From positions 832,001 through 896,000 of the forward strand of contig CAVPLM010000005.1 in the NCBI GenBank assembly GCA_963706025.1: DNA of 64,000 nucleotides, written 5' to 3'. This DNA comes from an uncultured Actinomycetes bacterium (GTDB lineage: Bacteria > Actinomycetota > Thermoleophilia > RBG-16-64-13). Positions 10,761-20,845 of the stretch are shown here, one piece after another (position 1 is the first letter of the stretch; each line of letters begins with the position of its first letter). The translations under genes and the position numbers were made by a program. The notes beneath the pieces were generated by a model. It saw nothing but the letters and a program-made list of their open reading frames with translations, made no database searches and was not told the DNA's origin.

Positions 10761-10921
10761 AACTCGTTTCAGAATGAAGCTCCGCCGTCAGGGACGCCCT
10801 GGGCGAGCGCGAGAGAAGAACGCAGGGAGCGTGAATAGCAGCGCTATTTGCGCGACCGAGGACGTACAGTCGTGCCGTCCAGGGTGCACTGGGCGGCCGC
10901 GGCTTCATTTTGAAACGAGTT
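10761..10921. mobile_element. MITE/REP-like element copy 2 (20-bp inverted repeats, 1 mismatch)
   Basis: AACTCGTTTCAGAATGAAGC (10761-10780) ... GCTTCATTTTGAAACGAGTT (10902-10921); shares GGCGGCCGCG subterminal motif with copy 1. Confidence 0.65.
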
Positions 10922-12076
10922 GTTAGTGTAGCCGGGTAGCTTGATGCCCCTCTCGAGGTTCTCCTTGATGAGTATCCCCAGCGGCCGCTCAGTGCTGGCC
11001 CTGATCGAGACGAAGCACTGGTCGCAACTGTGGCGCGTTGCTCTGAACCCTTCCACCGCTTCCTTGCGGGAGCCATACTGCATATCCGGGAACATCGAAC
11101 AGGCGTTGATGAGGCCGTCCGGGCGCACCACGAGGAAGCGCCTGCCCGCCTGACACCCGTTCATGCCCCCTTCCGCGAAAAAGCGGTAGGTCTGCTCGAG
11201 GATGTTGTCCGAGTTCAGGACGATCGTCGAGCGAAGATCATGCTCCTTCAGGTAGTCGATCTGGCGGCGAAGCAGGGCCAGATCCTCGGGTGAGTTTATG
11301 CATAGGCTCGTATCGCCCGTGCGCAGGCAGCTGTAGGCGCTGAAGGAGATCTGGGTCCCCCACTCTTCAGCCTTGGCCACCAAGCCGGGGGTCTCGGCGA
11401 AATTGGCGTGGGTCAAGGCTGCGTTCAGCACGACGTCCTTCCGGCCGTACTTATGCACCAGGTACGGAATGAGCTCGTTCATCTTGGCGAACAGCCCCGG
11501 GATCCTGCGGAACTCGTCGTGCCGTTCGTCCGGGAAGTCCAGCGAGATGGAAAAAAGGGAGACGCCTGCCTCCTGGAGAGACAGATACCGTTCCTCGGTA
11601 AGAAGCCAGGAGTTGGTCACACACGCCACCATAGGCAAGCCGCTCGGACGCTTGACCGCGCGGACAATGTCTTCCAGGTCGTCGCGCAGCAAGGGTTCAC
11701 CGCCGGATAGTTGGATCACGGGTGGCTGCAGCTCTCTCGAGAAGCGCCCGTAGTCAGAGGGGCTTAGCCGGCGGGCCTCGTGCTTCAGGCCCCCCTTGTC
11801 GCAATGCACGCAGTCGGCTATGCACGAGTGCGTCACCTCGAAGGAGACGCACATGGGCCGGCCTATGGCCCGGTTCCACAGACCCCGAGTGCCGATTATG
11901 GCCATTTCGCGTTTGTTCATGTCGAGAGCGTTCCCATTCCAACGAGGCCCGGCGGGCCGTTGCGTTCCCTGAGAGACTGTACCGCACGAGTCAAGTCGGC
12001 GCATGCCGTCGCCGACCACCGGCTGGCCGTATCCGCCCCCGGCCGACCGGCCGGGGGCGGATACGGCGTCGTTCAC
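10844..12076 (-). CDS. Radical SAM protein with SPASM/twitch-like C-terminus
   Basis: CIADCVHC (CX3CX2C), LSGGEPLLR, C-terminal CQAG...C...CDQC; GTG start overlaps upstream TGA (GTGA); last codons run into MITE copy 2. Confidence 0.85.
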   Translation of the reverse strand: MNDAVSAPGRSAGGGYGQPVVGDGMRRLDSCGTVSQGTQRPAGPRWNGNALDMNKREMAIIGTRGLWNRAIGRPMCVSFEVTHSCIADCVHCDKGGLKHEARRLSPSDYGRFSRELQPPVIQLSGGEPLLRDDLEDIVRAVKRPSGLPMVACVTNSWLLTEERYLSLQEAGVSLFSISLDFPDERHDEFRRIPGLFAKMNELIPYLVHKYGRKDVVLNAALTHANFAETPGLVAKAEEWGTQISFSAYSCLRTGDTSLCINSPEDLALLRRQIDYLKEHDLRSTIVLNSDNILEQTYRFFAEGGMNGCQAGRRFLVVRPDGLINACSMFPDMQYGSRKEAVEGFRATRHSCDQCFVSIRASTERPLGILIKENLERGIKLPGYTNNSFQNEAAAAQCTLDGTTVRPRSRK

Positions 12077-13489
12077 TCTAGCGCTGTCAGCGACTCGGCG
12101 ACAGCCAGGAGTTCCGCACGGGTCAGGTCACCCGAGACGGTCACTACCAGCGAGTCGGTCATCGCCCACACGTGAGGGACCGCCCGAGGATCGATCAAGA
12201 GCTCGGCCTCGAGGCCGTTCAACGCTCCACCCGTGAGCACGACCGTTTCCGGATGGTCGATGAAGCCCTCGCCGCTGGCCAGAGGATCGGACCACAACGA
12301 TGGATCCGCCCCCACAAGCCGCGTGGTCACGATGATCCTATCGAAGCCCCTGCGATAAGCGAGGGAGACCACTCCCCCCGCCACGGGATTCATCCCCTCT
12401 TTGCCCGTGGGTCCGCCTTCCTGCGATATCGCGATCTCGGTGAGCCGGTAGCCCTCCGGCACCACATCCGGGACGAGCGGCCGATAGCCGACCACCGCGG
12501 CCACCTCTCCGAGCGACACGCGGCGGAAGCCCTGCATCGTTGTGCTCGACTTCCACTCCCTCAGGGAACGAGAGCACGAACTCATCGACAGCCAGAACGG
12601 GATCGATCTCCACTCCCTCGAGGCGGACCTCCTGCAGCAGCCGGCCGGCCTTACTCTCGCTGACCTTCACCGGGAAGCCTGTCTGCTGGTCTACCGTGAC
12701 CTCGATGTGATCGCCGGAGACGTTGGAGAGCCTGTTGGGCTCGACTTCTGCGCTCAGCACCCAGGCCGCGCGCCCGTCGAAGGTAGCTTCGACCACAGAT
12801 GGGTCGGCGGCGGCCAGCATCGCCCTCACCACCGACCCAAGATCCCGGTCGAGCACCCAGTCCGCGGGGCCGGGATCGGGCCATCCGGGGGCGAGTCCCG
12901 TCAGCTCGCTCGCCACGAGGGGCTCGCCGTTCTCACCACCGGCGATCACGCGTTGGACGCCGGTAGAAGCGTCATAGGCGAGATCCTCGCTCCGTGATAC
13001 CCCCGTCAGGCGGAAGTCGCCTCGGGCGGTGGTCACGACGTTCCACCGCGTCTCGTCAAGCTGTCCTGTAGCTTCGTCGTAATAGCCGACCACCAGCGTG
13101 CTCTTGATCGATTCGGCTCCCGAAAGGGCCGTCACCATCTTCTGCTTGATCTCGGCGGCGCCGGCCACGTCGGGCCTGAACACATCGATGCCGAGAGGGC
13201 CTGAGAAGGCCCATAGGAGAGCCAAGATCACTACCGCGACAGGAATCGGTACCCAGGCCAGGCGGAGCCAACTGCGACGCGGCCTCTCACCGTTCCGCAC
13301 GCCCCGCCCCCGACCCGCCGGCTCCTCCCGCGCCACCGGCGCTTCTGGTCCCGTCCGCTGTTGGGAAGCGGCTTCGGCCTCCAGTCTCTCCTCCAAGGTT
13401 GCGAAGAAGTCCGGATAGTGCTCGGGCGTTTCCAGTCGCCGCAGTCGTTCCCCCAGATCGGTATCTCTGTCAGAAAGTCTCATGGTCAC
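12073..13489 (-). CDS. Putative membrane anti-sigma factor with extracytoplasmic LolA/RseB-like domain; extra G near 12531
   Basis: Overlaps the ECF sigma stop; one TM (WVPIPVAVVILALLWAF); VTVDQQTGFPVK; ORFs 12338-13489 and 12073-12585 join as ...HNDAG/FRRVSL... Confidence 0.6.
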
Positions 13490-14045
13490 TCCTCTCAGCG
13501 AGAGTCATGCGCAGTTCAGAGCGAGCGTGATGCAGCCGGGAGGCGATAGTGCCCGGACGCACCCCGAGCACTTCTGCTGCTTCTTCGTACGTGAATCCGG
13601 CGGCGTCGACGAGCAGTACCGCCGCCCGCTGATCAGGCGGAAGCGACGCAAGAGCAGTAGCGAGGTCGCTCCTTCGCGCCACCGACTCCCCGGGGTCAGC
13701 CGTCGTCGTGGCGACAAGGCCGTCTCCGACCCCCGCGCCGTGCCTGGTACCCGCACCGCCTCCGGCGAGGGTTCCGGTCTCGGTGAGAACGTCCAGCGAC
13801 TCCTCCCGCCGCCTCCGATCGCTCCGGAGTCTGTCGACACAGGCGTTGTAGACGATCCGATGCAGCCAGGTGCGCTCCTGCGCCTCCCCTCGGAAACCTG
13901 AGAAGCCTCGAAACGCTTTGAGATAGGCATCCTGCATCACATCATCCATAGCCGTCCGATCACGCAGCAGCCGATACGCGAGCGTGCGCAGCCCCCGATC
14001 GTGCCGCTTGACCAGCTCTATGAAAGCCGCGGCATCGCCGCTCAT
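13470..14045 (-). CDS. ECF RNA polymerase sigma factor
   Basis: Region 2 DDVMQDAYLKAF...TWLHRIVYNACVD; region 4 LPPDQRAAVLL...YEEAAEVLGVRPGTIASRLHHAR. Confidence 0.92.
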   Translation of the reverse strand: MSGDAAAFIELVKRHDRGLRTLAYRLLRDRTAMDDVMQDAYLKAFRGFSGFRGEAQERTWLHRIVYNACVDRLRSDRRRREESLDVLTETGTLAGGGAGTRHGAGVGDGLVATTTADPGESVARRSDLATALASLPPDQRAAVLLVDAAGFTYEEAAEVLGVRPGTIASRLHHARSELRMTLAERSDHETF

Positions 14046-14201
14046 TCCCTCGCCGGCACCTCCGCCCCTGCGGGCCCCCGCACTTGGTCACGCCGCTCTA
14101 TCTGTTTAGACGTCGAACGCGCCTCTACCCTTCGCCCGATGATACGATGCTTCTGCACGTAAGCGAGAACCTGCGAGGTCAGCGAGGTCCATATCTCTAG
14201 C

Positions 14202-15353
14202 GTGCTCGACCCTATAGTCGACTTCCTCAACAAGCTCGGCATCGCTGCTCCCGGCCGGCTGGGATGGGTGACGGTCATCCTCACCTTCATCATCGCGGCG
14301 TTGGCTGCCTGGCAGTTCATGCCTCGTATCCGCTTGTTCTCGTTGCGCGTGGGATGGGCCGACGAACCCAACCCCCGCCGCATCAACAAAGAGCCCCTTC
14401 CCAACGCCGGGGGGTTGGCCATCTTCGCCTCGGTCGTCGTCGCACTGGTGATCGTTGCCCTCATCCGCGAGATCGCCGTCGAGAACGTGCAGATCCAGGT
14501 GCTCTCCATCCTCCTAGGGGGTTCAGTCCTCATCATGGCCGGCTTCATCGACGACCAGTTCGGATTGCCCGTGGGCTTCCGTCTGGTCGTGCAACTGGTG
14601 GCCGCGCTGCTGCTGGTGAGCACAGACATACGAATCGACGTCGCCTTTGGAGGGGATTTCGCCACCGCCATCTCTGTGATCCTCACTGTGATCTGGATCA
14701 TGGCCATCACCAACGCCGTCAACCTGATCGACGGGGTCGACGGCCTGGCCGGCGGGGTGAGCTTCATCACGGCCATGAGCCTGTTGGCTGTGTCGGCCCA
14801 GGATCAGGCCAAAGCAGCGGCCACTCTTCTCCTCGCAGCCCTCGCCGGAGCCGCCCTGGGGTTCCTCCGTCACAACTTCCCGCCTTCGCGCATCATCATG
14901 GGCGACAGTGGCGCCTACTTCTTCGGTTACGTCCTGGCTGCCTCCAGCATCCTGGGCGACCTCAAGGTCACCACCGTCTTTGCCCTCTTCCCTACTGTCC
15001 TCTTCCTTCTCTTACCCCTACTCGACACCTTTCAGGTGGTGCTCCGACGGCTGGTGCGCCGAGAGAACCCCCTCTCCAGTCCAGGCACAGACCACCTACA
15101 CCACGGACTTCTAGCCCGAGGTCTGTCGCAGACCCGCACCACGCTCATCCTTTGGGGCGTCACTTTGGGAACGAACCTGGTAGCCATGAAGGTCCAGGAT
15201 ATGTCGTGGCTCGTTATCCTGAGCACCGCGGTGGGTATCATCGCGCTGCTGGCGCTGATGGTCTGGCGCCGCCGCCGCGCTTTTCGGCGGGCGGCGCTCC
15301 GCCAAGCCCTGGCAGAACCCGTGGACCCGTCCGGCGGAGGGCAGGACATCTAG
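14202..15353 (+). CDS. Undecaprenyl-phosphate alpha-N-acetylglucosaminyl 1-phosphate transferase (WecA/TagO, MraY family)
   Basis: PNAGGLAI, GFIDD, NAVNLIDGVDGLA, HNFPPSRIIMGDSGA, DHLHH; multiple TMs. Confidence 0.9.
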   Translation: MLDPIVDFLNKLGIAAPGRLGWVTVILTFIIAALAAWQFMPRIRLFSLRVGWADEPNPRRINKEPLPNAGGLAIFASVVVALVIVALIREIAVENVQIQVLSILLGGSVLIMAGFIDDQFGLPVGFRLVVQLVAALLLVSTDIRIDVAFGGDFATAISVILTVIWIMAITNAVNLIDGVDGLAGGVSFITAMSLLAVSAQDQAKAAATLLLAALAGAALGFLRHNFPPSRIIMGDSGAYFFGYVLAASSILGDLKVTTVFALFPTVLFLLLPLLDTFQVVLRRLVRRENPLSSPGTDHLHHGLLARGLSQTRTTLILWGVTLGTNLVAMKVQDMSWLVILSTAVGIIALLALMVWRRRRAFRRAALRQALAEPVDPSGGGQDI

Positions 15354-15445
15354 AGGCTCTCACTCTCACCGAGGCGGCCGGTCCCGAAACCGCGCGGCCG
15401 GCGAACTCGTCTCAGCGGCATGAGTCGGCGACGCAGCAGGAGGGT

Positions 15446-15899
15446 ATGGCGATGAGCAGGCGGGCTTGGCACTCAATGGGAATCACGGTCGCGGTCCTTG
15501 TCACGATCCTATCGTTGGTGGCGGTCCTATCCGCGGGATGCGGCTCTGAGGTCGACTCAGCGGAGGGCCTTCTCCAGCTGGGAGAAGCAGACAACGGCGA
15601 GACCTTTGCGGTCGAAGTCGGTGACACCATCGAGGTGATGCTCCCCGGGAATCCGACCACAGGTTTCGAGTGGGCGGCTGCGATCAGCGACGAAGACGCT
15701 ACGCTGATCAAACAAGCAGGGCGAAGCCGAGTACGTGGCCGAGTCGACCGATCCGAGCGTGGTCGGCTCCGGCGGGATGTACACCTTCACCTTCAAGACC
15801 ACGGACAAGGGAGAGGCGGTCCTCAAGCTCGAATACGCCCGGTCTTTTGAGGACGTGGCACCCGAGCAGACGTTTGAAGTGACGCTGACGATCGAATAG
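15446..15899 (+). CDS. Chagasin/I42-family cysteine protease inhibitor lipoprotein; extra G near 15720
   Basis: Lipobox LSAGC; GNPTTGFEW; after the frame change VGSGGMYTFTF...LEYARSFE; TAG at 15897-15899. Confidence 0.8.
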
Positions 15900-15973
15900 T
15901 GCTCTAGCGGGGCGCGACCGCCGACACCAAGGGGTGGCGGGTGCGCCCGGGAGGCACGGAGTACGTGGGGGCG

Positions 15974-16006
15974 GCAGAACGGGCCGGGCATGACGGCCCG
16001 TTCTGC
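15974..16006. terminator. Hairpin between convergent genes
   Basis: GCAGAACGGGCCG-ggcatga-CGGCCCGTTCTGC followed by GTTT. Confidence 0.65.
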
Positions 16007-16029
16007 GTTTCGATGGGGCAGCGAAGCCC

Positions 16030-16929
16030 CTATTGTGTGACGAGCTTCAGCGTACCCACGCTCATGTCGACGGTGATGGTCAGAGTCTTTGTCGGCCCAG
16101 CCTGCTGCGCAGCCGGTGTGCTGGAGGTCTTGCCCGTGGTGGTCCAGTCACCCTCGAGGGAGACGTCGGTCAGAGCTCCTTTGACGGTCACCCGGGCGGC
16201 GGTCTGTGCCGGCACCACGATGCGCACGGATCCCACCCCGGCTTTGATGCTGACGGTGCCATCGGTGCGCAACTGCCCGGAGAAGTCCATGGTGTAGGAG
16301 CCGGCCCCGCCCTTGAACTCGAAGGTCCTGAAGTTGGCGTTCGCGAGACCCGTTAAGTCCACCGTAGAAGCGCCCGTCTCGTAGAGCAGCAGTTGCATCT
16401 GCCCGGGATTGGCCGAATCGAACATAACCTCTGTCTTGGCGGCTCCGTCCTTGATGGTCAGGTCCTGCAGCGTCAGCCCACCCAGATCGTAGGTACCCTC
16501 GTACGCGCCGGCAGCGACCTGCAGGCGCATGGGAGCGCTGCCGAGCTGTAGTTGCCAGTCGTTCACGATGTCGCCCCCGATCGCCTCGAGGCCGCCCCTC
16601 TTACCCTGCTCTATGGTGAGCCTCTTGTCGGTCCGCCCCACCGTCGGCTTCCAGGCGTCGACGTTGTATCTCACCACGCCGGAGACAAGACCGCTCGCTC
16701 CCGGACCGAGCGCGAGCGTCCCCGCCCCCATGTCGATCTCCACATCGGTGACCGCAGCCGATCCCAGCGGTTCGTCGATGGCCAGCTCCTGCGTGGGTCC
16801 AACGTCCACTCCCACGCTGCAGGAAAGTGCGAACGTCATCAGGCCCAGCATCGAGACCCCGAAGATAACGGCGAGCGTCATCCGCGCGGGCACTCCTGGG
16901 CTCCATCTCCTCCTTCTCGATACCTTCAT
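16030..16929 (-). CDS. Putative lipoprotein, DUF2154/toast-rack-like beta-repeat
   Basis: Signal with ALSC; repeated beta motifs IDMGAGTL, VAAGAYE, FKGGAGSY, IKAGVGSV, VDMSVGTL. Confidence 0.6.
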   Translation of the reverse strand: MKVSRRRRWSPGVPARMTLAVIFGVSMLGLMTFALSCSVGVDVGPTQELAIDEPLGSAAVTDVEIDMGAGTLALGPGASGLVSGVVRYNVDAWKPTVGRTDKRLTIEQGKRGGLEAIGGDIVNDWQLQLGSAPMRLQVAAGAYEGTYDLGGLTLQDLTIKDGAAKTEVMFDSANPGQMQLLLYETGASTVDLTGLANANFRTFEFKGGAGSYTMDFSGQLRTDGTVSIKAGVGSVRIVVPAQTAARVTVKGALTDVSLEGDWTTTGKTSSTPAAQQAGPTKTLTITVDMSVGTLKLVTQ

Positions 16930-17031
16930 CAGGCACCCCCTCGCACTCCCATCATCACTCGCTGCCCTCCCGAGAATTGTAGAGGAATTCAAGCCGGTCG
17001 GCACGCGTTTGGGCGCCGTCAACGCCGGCGG

Positions 17032-17866
17032 TCAGACCAGGAGCGGGTCGGCGAGTGCTGCGGCGACGTATGAGGCGACCGCCAGCACGACCAGCAGGAT
17101 CACCAGCATCATGCGCCCCCTCCTGCTCCCCCGAGGCCGCGCGTCGGGGCACGCCCGGCGGCTCCGTTCCCACCACAGGAAGCCCGCCACGGAGACTGCC
17201 GACCACGCTCCACCCAGACACCAGCCCGCAAGGACGTCCGAGGTCCAGTGCACCCCCAGATAGACCCGGGAGAAGCCCACCGCCAGGACCACGGCGAGGG
17301 CCGCGACGAAAGCGAGCGTCATCAGGGTGATCCTGGTCCAGCGCCGGGCGCCGCGCCGTCTCGGCGAGCGGTGCAAATAACCGGAACGCGAGAAAGACCA
17401 GGAGGACGGCGAAACTCAGAGTGAGAAAGGCGTGCCCTGAGGGGAAGCTCTGGGACAGCGGGGGCTTGATCAGCATTATGGTCTCTGGAGGGCGGGGTCG
17501 CTGGTAAGCGTATTTGACGAGGCTGGAGATCACCTGAGCCACGATGATCCCACCCGCGACCAGCACCGCCCGGGCCCGCGCGCCCCAGACCAAGAGCATC
17601 ACTACGGTCGCTGCGGCCGCGGTGCCCAGGAAGAGAGCATTGCCGAGAAGAGTGACGCCCCAGAAGAACAAGTCCATGCCCGGCGTTCGCCGGGCCACCA
17701 CGGCCTCGGTGATCTGTTGGTCGAGGGTGGACAGGGCCGGGTTTCCGCTCACTTCTCCCGCGAGAACCAGGAACGCGGCGGCCAACCCCGCCGCCGCCAC
17801 GGCCAGTGCCGCCGTCGAGGCGCACCGGCGAAGCCTCCCGGCCTCATCCGGCCGGTCTGACCGCAT
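17032..17866 (-). CDS. PAP2-family membrane phosphatase; extra T near 17378
   Basis: [16 protein letters not shown] and, in the second frame, [16 protein letters not shown]. Confidence 0.85.
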
Positions 17867-18506
17867 GCCGGAGGACAGTCTTCAGATTCTCGGGCTTCGC
17901 CGTACGAGGGTCGCCCAGGTAGATCTCGTGATGGCGCCCCCGAAAGACATAGCCATTCTCCTCGGCGAATACCTCCATCTTAGCGACGGTGCGGGGCTCG
18001 TCGGCATAGGGTCCGATATGCATGATCTGCAGGCAGGACCCTTCGTGGAACGCCTCGAAGCGGACCCGGTCCAGCGACTCTGTGGGGCGCTGCTCCTTTT
18101 CGCTCTTTCGGCGGACCTGGTCCATGGCTTCCGCGAACATCTCCGGGGTGATGTGGTCGGGTTGCATCATCATCATGGTCCAGGGCCATTCGCCGGCAGA
18201 GGTGTAGTCGGTCCCCCCTGTGGGAAAGCTCCACAGCCCTTCCAGAGCCATCACGGTGTAGTCGATCGGGTCCTCCGAGCGCCGTTTGGACATGAACTTG
18301 AGGGTGTAGGAAAGGCCGTAGAGTGCGCCGATGGCCGCTGCAAAGGCCGGCGAGGTCCCCGGGGTCGCATCCGGCTCCAGCCGGCCGTCGATCATGACGA
18401 ACTTCATCTCCGGGACGTCGACGACCGTGACCTCTTTGGCGGATGGAAGGTACAGGTGCTTGAGTTGCTTCTTGAGATCGAGCTTCACCGCAGTGTTCTT
18501 ATCCAC
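17844..18506 (-). CDS. GyrI-like small-molecule-binding domain protein
   Basis: LDLKKQLKHLYLPS, ALYGLSYTLKF, YTVMALEGLW, QIMHIGPYADE, HHEIYLGDPR. Confidence 0.85.
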   Translation of the reverse strand: MDKNTAVKLDLKKQLKHLYLPSAKEVTVVDVPEMKFVMIDGRLEPDATPGTSPAFAAAIGALYGLSYTLKFMSKRRSEDPIDYTVMALEGLWSFPTGGTDYTSAGEWPWTMMMMQPDHITPEMFAEAMDQVRRKSEKEQRPTESLDRVRFEAFHEGSCLQIMHIGPYADEPRTVAKMEVFAEENGYVFRGRHHEIYLGDPRTAKPENLKTVLRHAVRPAG

Positions 18507-18557
18507 GGATGCCTCCCACTCGGACTTGCGCCTACGTACACGATGGTACCGTCGATA

Positions 18558-18577
18558 ACGATAGTACTATCTATCGT
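18558..18577. promoter_or_regulatory. Palindromic operator candidate between the divergent GyrI-like and SLH genes
   Basis: ACGATAG-tactat-CTATCGT; internal perfect palindrome GATAGTACTATC. Confidence 0.45.
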
Positions 18578-18683
18578 CTCGAACACGCGGGCGTGCCGGG
18601 AACAGCCCGGCGGTTGTGAAGCCGGGGAATAATCCTATAATAGAAGGAGATCTGGCCACGTCACGGGCAGTCAAGGTGAGTCC

Positions 18684-20730
18684 GTGAGCAAGCGAAAAGC
18701 CGTATTCTCAAGAGCGCCGGGGTCCGTAGCCGCAAGCGCCGTCATTGCTGCCGCAATGCTTCTGGCGTGTTGGGTATTTGCTCCGGCCTTTTTCGTACCC
18801 CCCTGCCACGCGGCCGCCGTCTCCTTCACCGATGTCCCCACGAGCCACCCCCATGCCGTTGCCATAGCCGATCTCTCCGGACGAGGGGTCATCAACGGCT
18901 TCCCGGACGGCACTTTCAGGCCCGGCCAGCCGGTCATCCGCCAGCAGTTCGCCAAGATGATCGTGTTGACGCTTGGACTGGCGGTCCCGGCCGACATAAC
19001 CTGCCCATTCGCCGATGTCGACGAGACGCCAAACCTCAACGATCCTCTCTACCCGGCTCGGTACGTGGCCGTGTGCGCCCTGCACGGTATCACCGCCGGG
19101 AAGACGCCGACCGCCTTCGACCCTTACTCCGGCATCACCAGGCAGCAGCTGGTCACCATGGTCGTCCGCGCCGCCGCCCTGTCCGATCCCCCAGCCGTCT
19201 ACCTGCCCCCGTTCGTGACCGGTCAGTTCTCCCTGGAAGAGCACTATGTGAACGCCCGCAGGGCTGCATACGCCGGTCTGCTCGACGGATTGGGTGTGGG
19301 GCCGGACTACAGCTTCACGTCCGCGGCCAGCCGTGGTGAGTGCGCCCAAGTGCTGCACAACCTGCTCTTCCACCTGGAGCAGGGCAGCCCCGCCGATCTG
19401 CTCCATTTCTCATGGGACTGGAACGCCAACTGGCGTGTCTGGCAGACCAGGAACATCTCCCAGCTGGTAGGAGGCAAGAAGGTCGTCGGCGACCCCTACT
19501 ACTACTTCGACACGCCGGACTTCCCCGCGCGCTACATCTTCGCCACGGGAGAGGAAGGCGATCTCCTGGTGTTCGGAGCCGCCCCCGGCGGATGGGCCTG
19601 GCAAGTCCGGAGTCTCGTTGCCCCCTCCGGTCGTCGGATACGGCCGCTCCTCGGGGGCCGCGCTTTCAATGACGTCGTCATAGGTACCGAGAAGGCCGGT
19701 AGGGAGACGATCCACATCTTCGCCACCGACGCCGACGACAATCTGATCCACTACTGGTTGACGCAGCGTGAGGACTGGCACTCCGAGGACGTGACCGCCG
19801 CCACCGGCCAGAAGATGGCCAGGTTCGGTTCCGCCTGCGCGTGGGAGGACGAGTCGACCGTGCAGGTGGTCGGCACCGACATCGGGGGCGACCTCCTCCA
19901 CTTCTGGCTCGAGACGGGTGGGTCTTGGCGATCGGAGAACGTGAGCTCGCAGGTCGGAGAAGCGATCGTGGGCGAGGCCAGCTTCTACTGGGACAGCGCG
20001 AGCAGGCCGGAGACAGCGGTGGTGGCGGCCGGCCCGGAGCGCGAGCTCCTCCTATTCCACCATCGGGAATCAGGGGCCTGGAGCGTCGAGGATGTGACCG
20101 CCGCCACTTCTACAGATAGTGGTCCAGGAGTCACGCTTGGTGGCTGGCTTTCCTGGTGGTGGTGGGATTCATCCGGGTATTGGGATGGGTCGCAGTTCAA
20201 GAACCCGATCGCGCTACTCGACGCGAACGGCCACTTCCAGTTGCTGGAAAGAACGTCTCTAGCCTCACCGTGGTCGGTCACCGACGTCTCGGCTCTCATC
20301 GGGCACACGTTCCGGGCCGACACGGGCGGCGACTCGATCCTTCGCTTCCACAACCCTCCCAGCGTCCCCAAGAAGGAGATCAATTTCGCTGGGGCGGATC
20401 CGGATCAGGACTTCATTCATTTCTGGCGCGACACGGCGGGGAATTGGCATCATGACAACGTCAGCGCGAAGACGCAGCAGAAGATCGCCTATCCGGTGAA
20501 CCACTACTTGTGGTGGGGCGGATACCAGGGTGGTCCGCTCACGGCCTACGACTACGTGTGCGGCATCGCCCCCGACGGCGACCTCGTCTTCGTCTATGAC
20601 GACGTGGCCAAGCGCGACTGGCAGGCGTTCAACGTCAGCACCGTGACCGGCTACAAGGTCAGGCCTCCCGAGCTGCCGTGGGGCGGCTTCTTCCGGCGAA
20701 AGCCACTTAGTGCTCGTGGGGCTCGAATAG
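18684..20730 (+). CDS. Secreted SLH-domain protein with C-terminal Trp-rich repeat (beta-propeller-like) region; probable indel near 20690
   Basis: Signal peptide; SLH repeats FTDVP...GVINGFPDGTFRPGQPVIRQQFAKMI, FDPYSGITRQQL, ASRGECAQ; ~55-aa repeats G(D/N)L(L/I)HFW...W...(D/N)V(S/T); alternative frame SGESHLVLVGLE* stops at 20730 (computed ORF runs to 20903 through a repeat and overlaps the next gene). Confidence 0.75.
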
Positions 20731-20749
20731 CGCCGGTCGTCCAAGCGAC

Positions 20750-20845
20750 GCGGCCGTTCGGCGGCAGGGCCGTTCAGCGACGGGGCGGCGCGGCCGTTCG
20801 GCGGCGGGGCCGTTCTCGTCGGGGCGCCCAAAGGCCGTTCTCGTC
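20750..20845. repeat. Tandem GGCCGTTC repeats (5 copies, ~40-bp higher-order unit)
   Basis: GGCCGTTC at 20752, 20768, 20792, 20808, 20833. Confidence 0.75.

Noticed and set aside
14264-15445. 528-aa ORF 14264-15850 and other long shadow/antisense ORFs (e.g. 1023-2411, 27068-28468, 45151-46386)
   Set aside because: Alternative-frame artefacts of GC-rich coding DNA overlapping well-supported genes; only the 3' part from 15446 is the I42 gene
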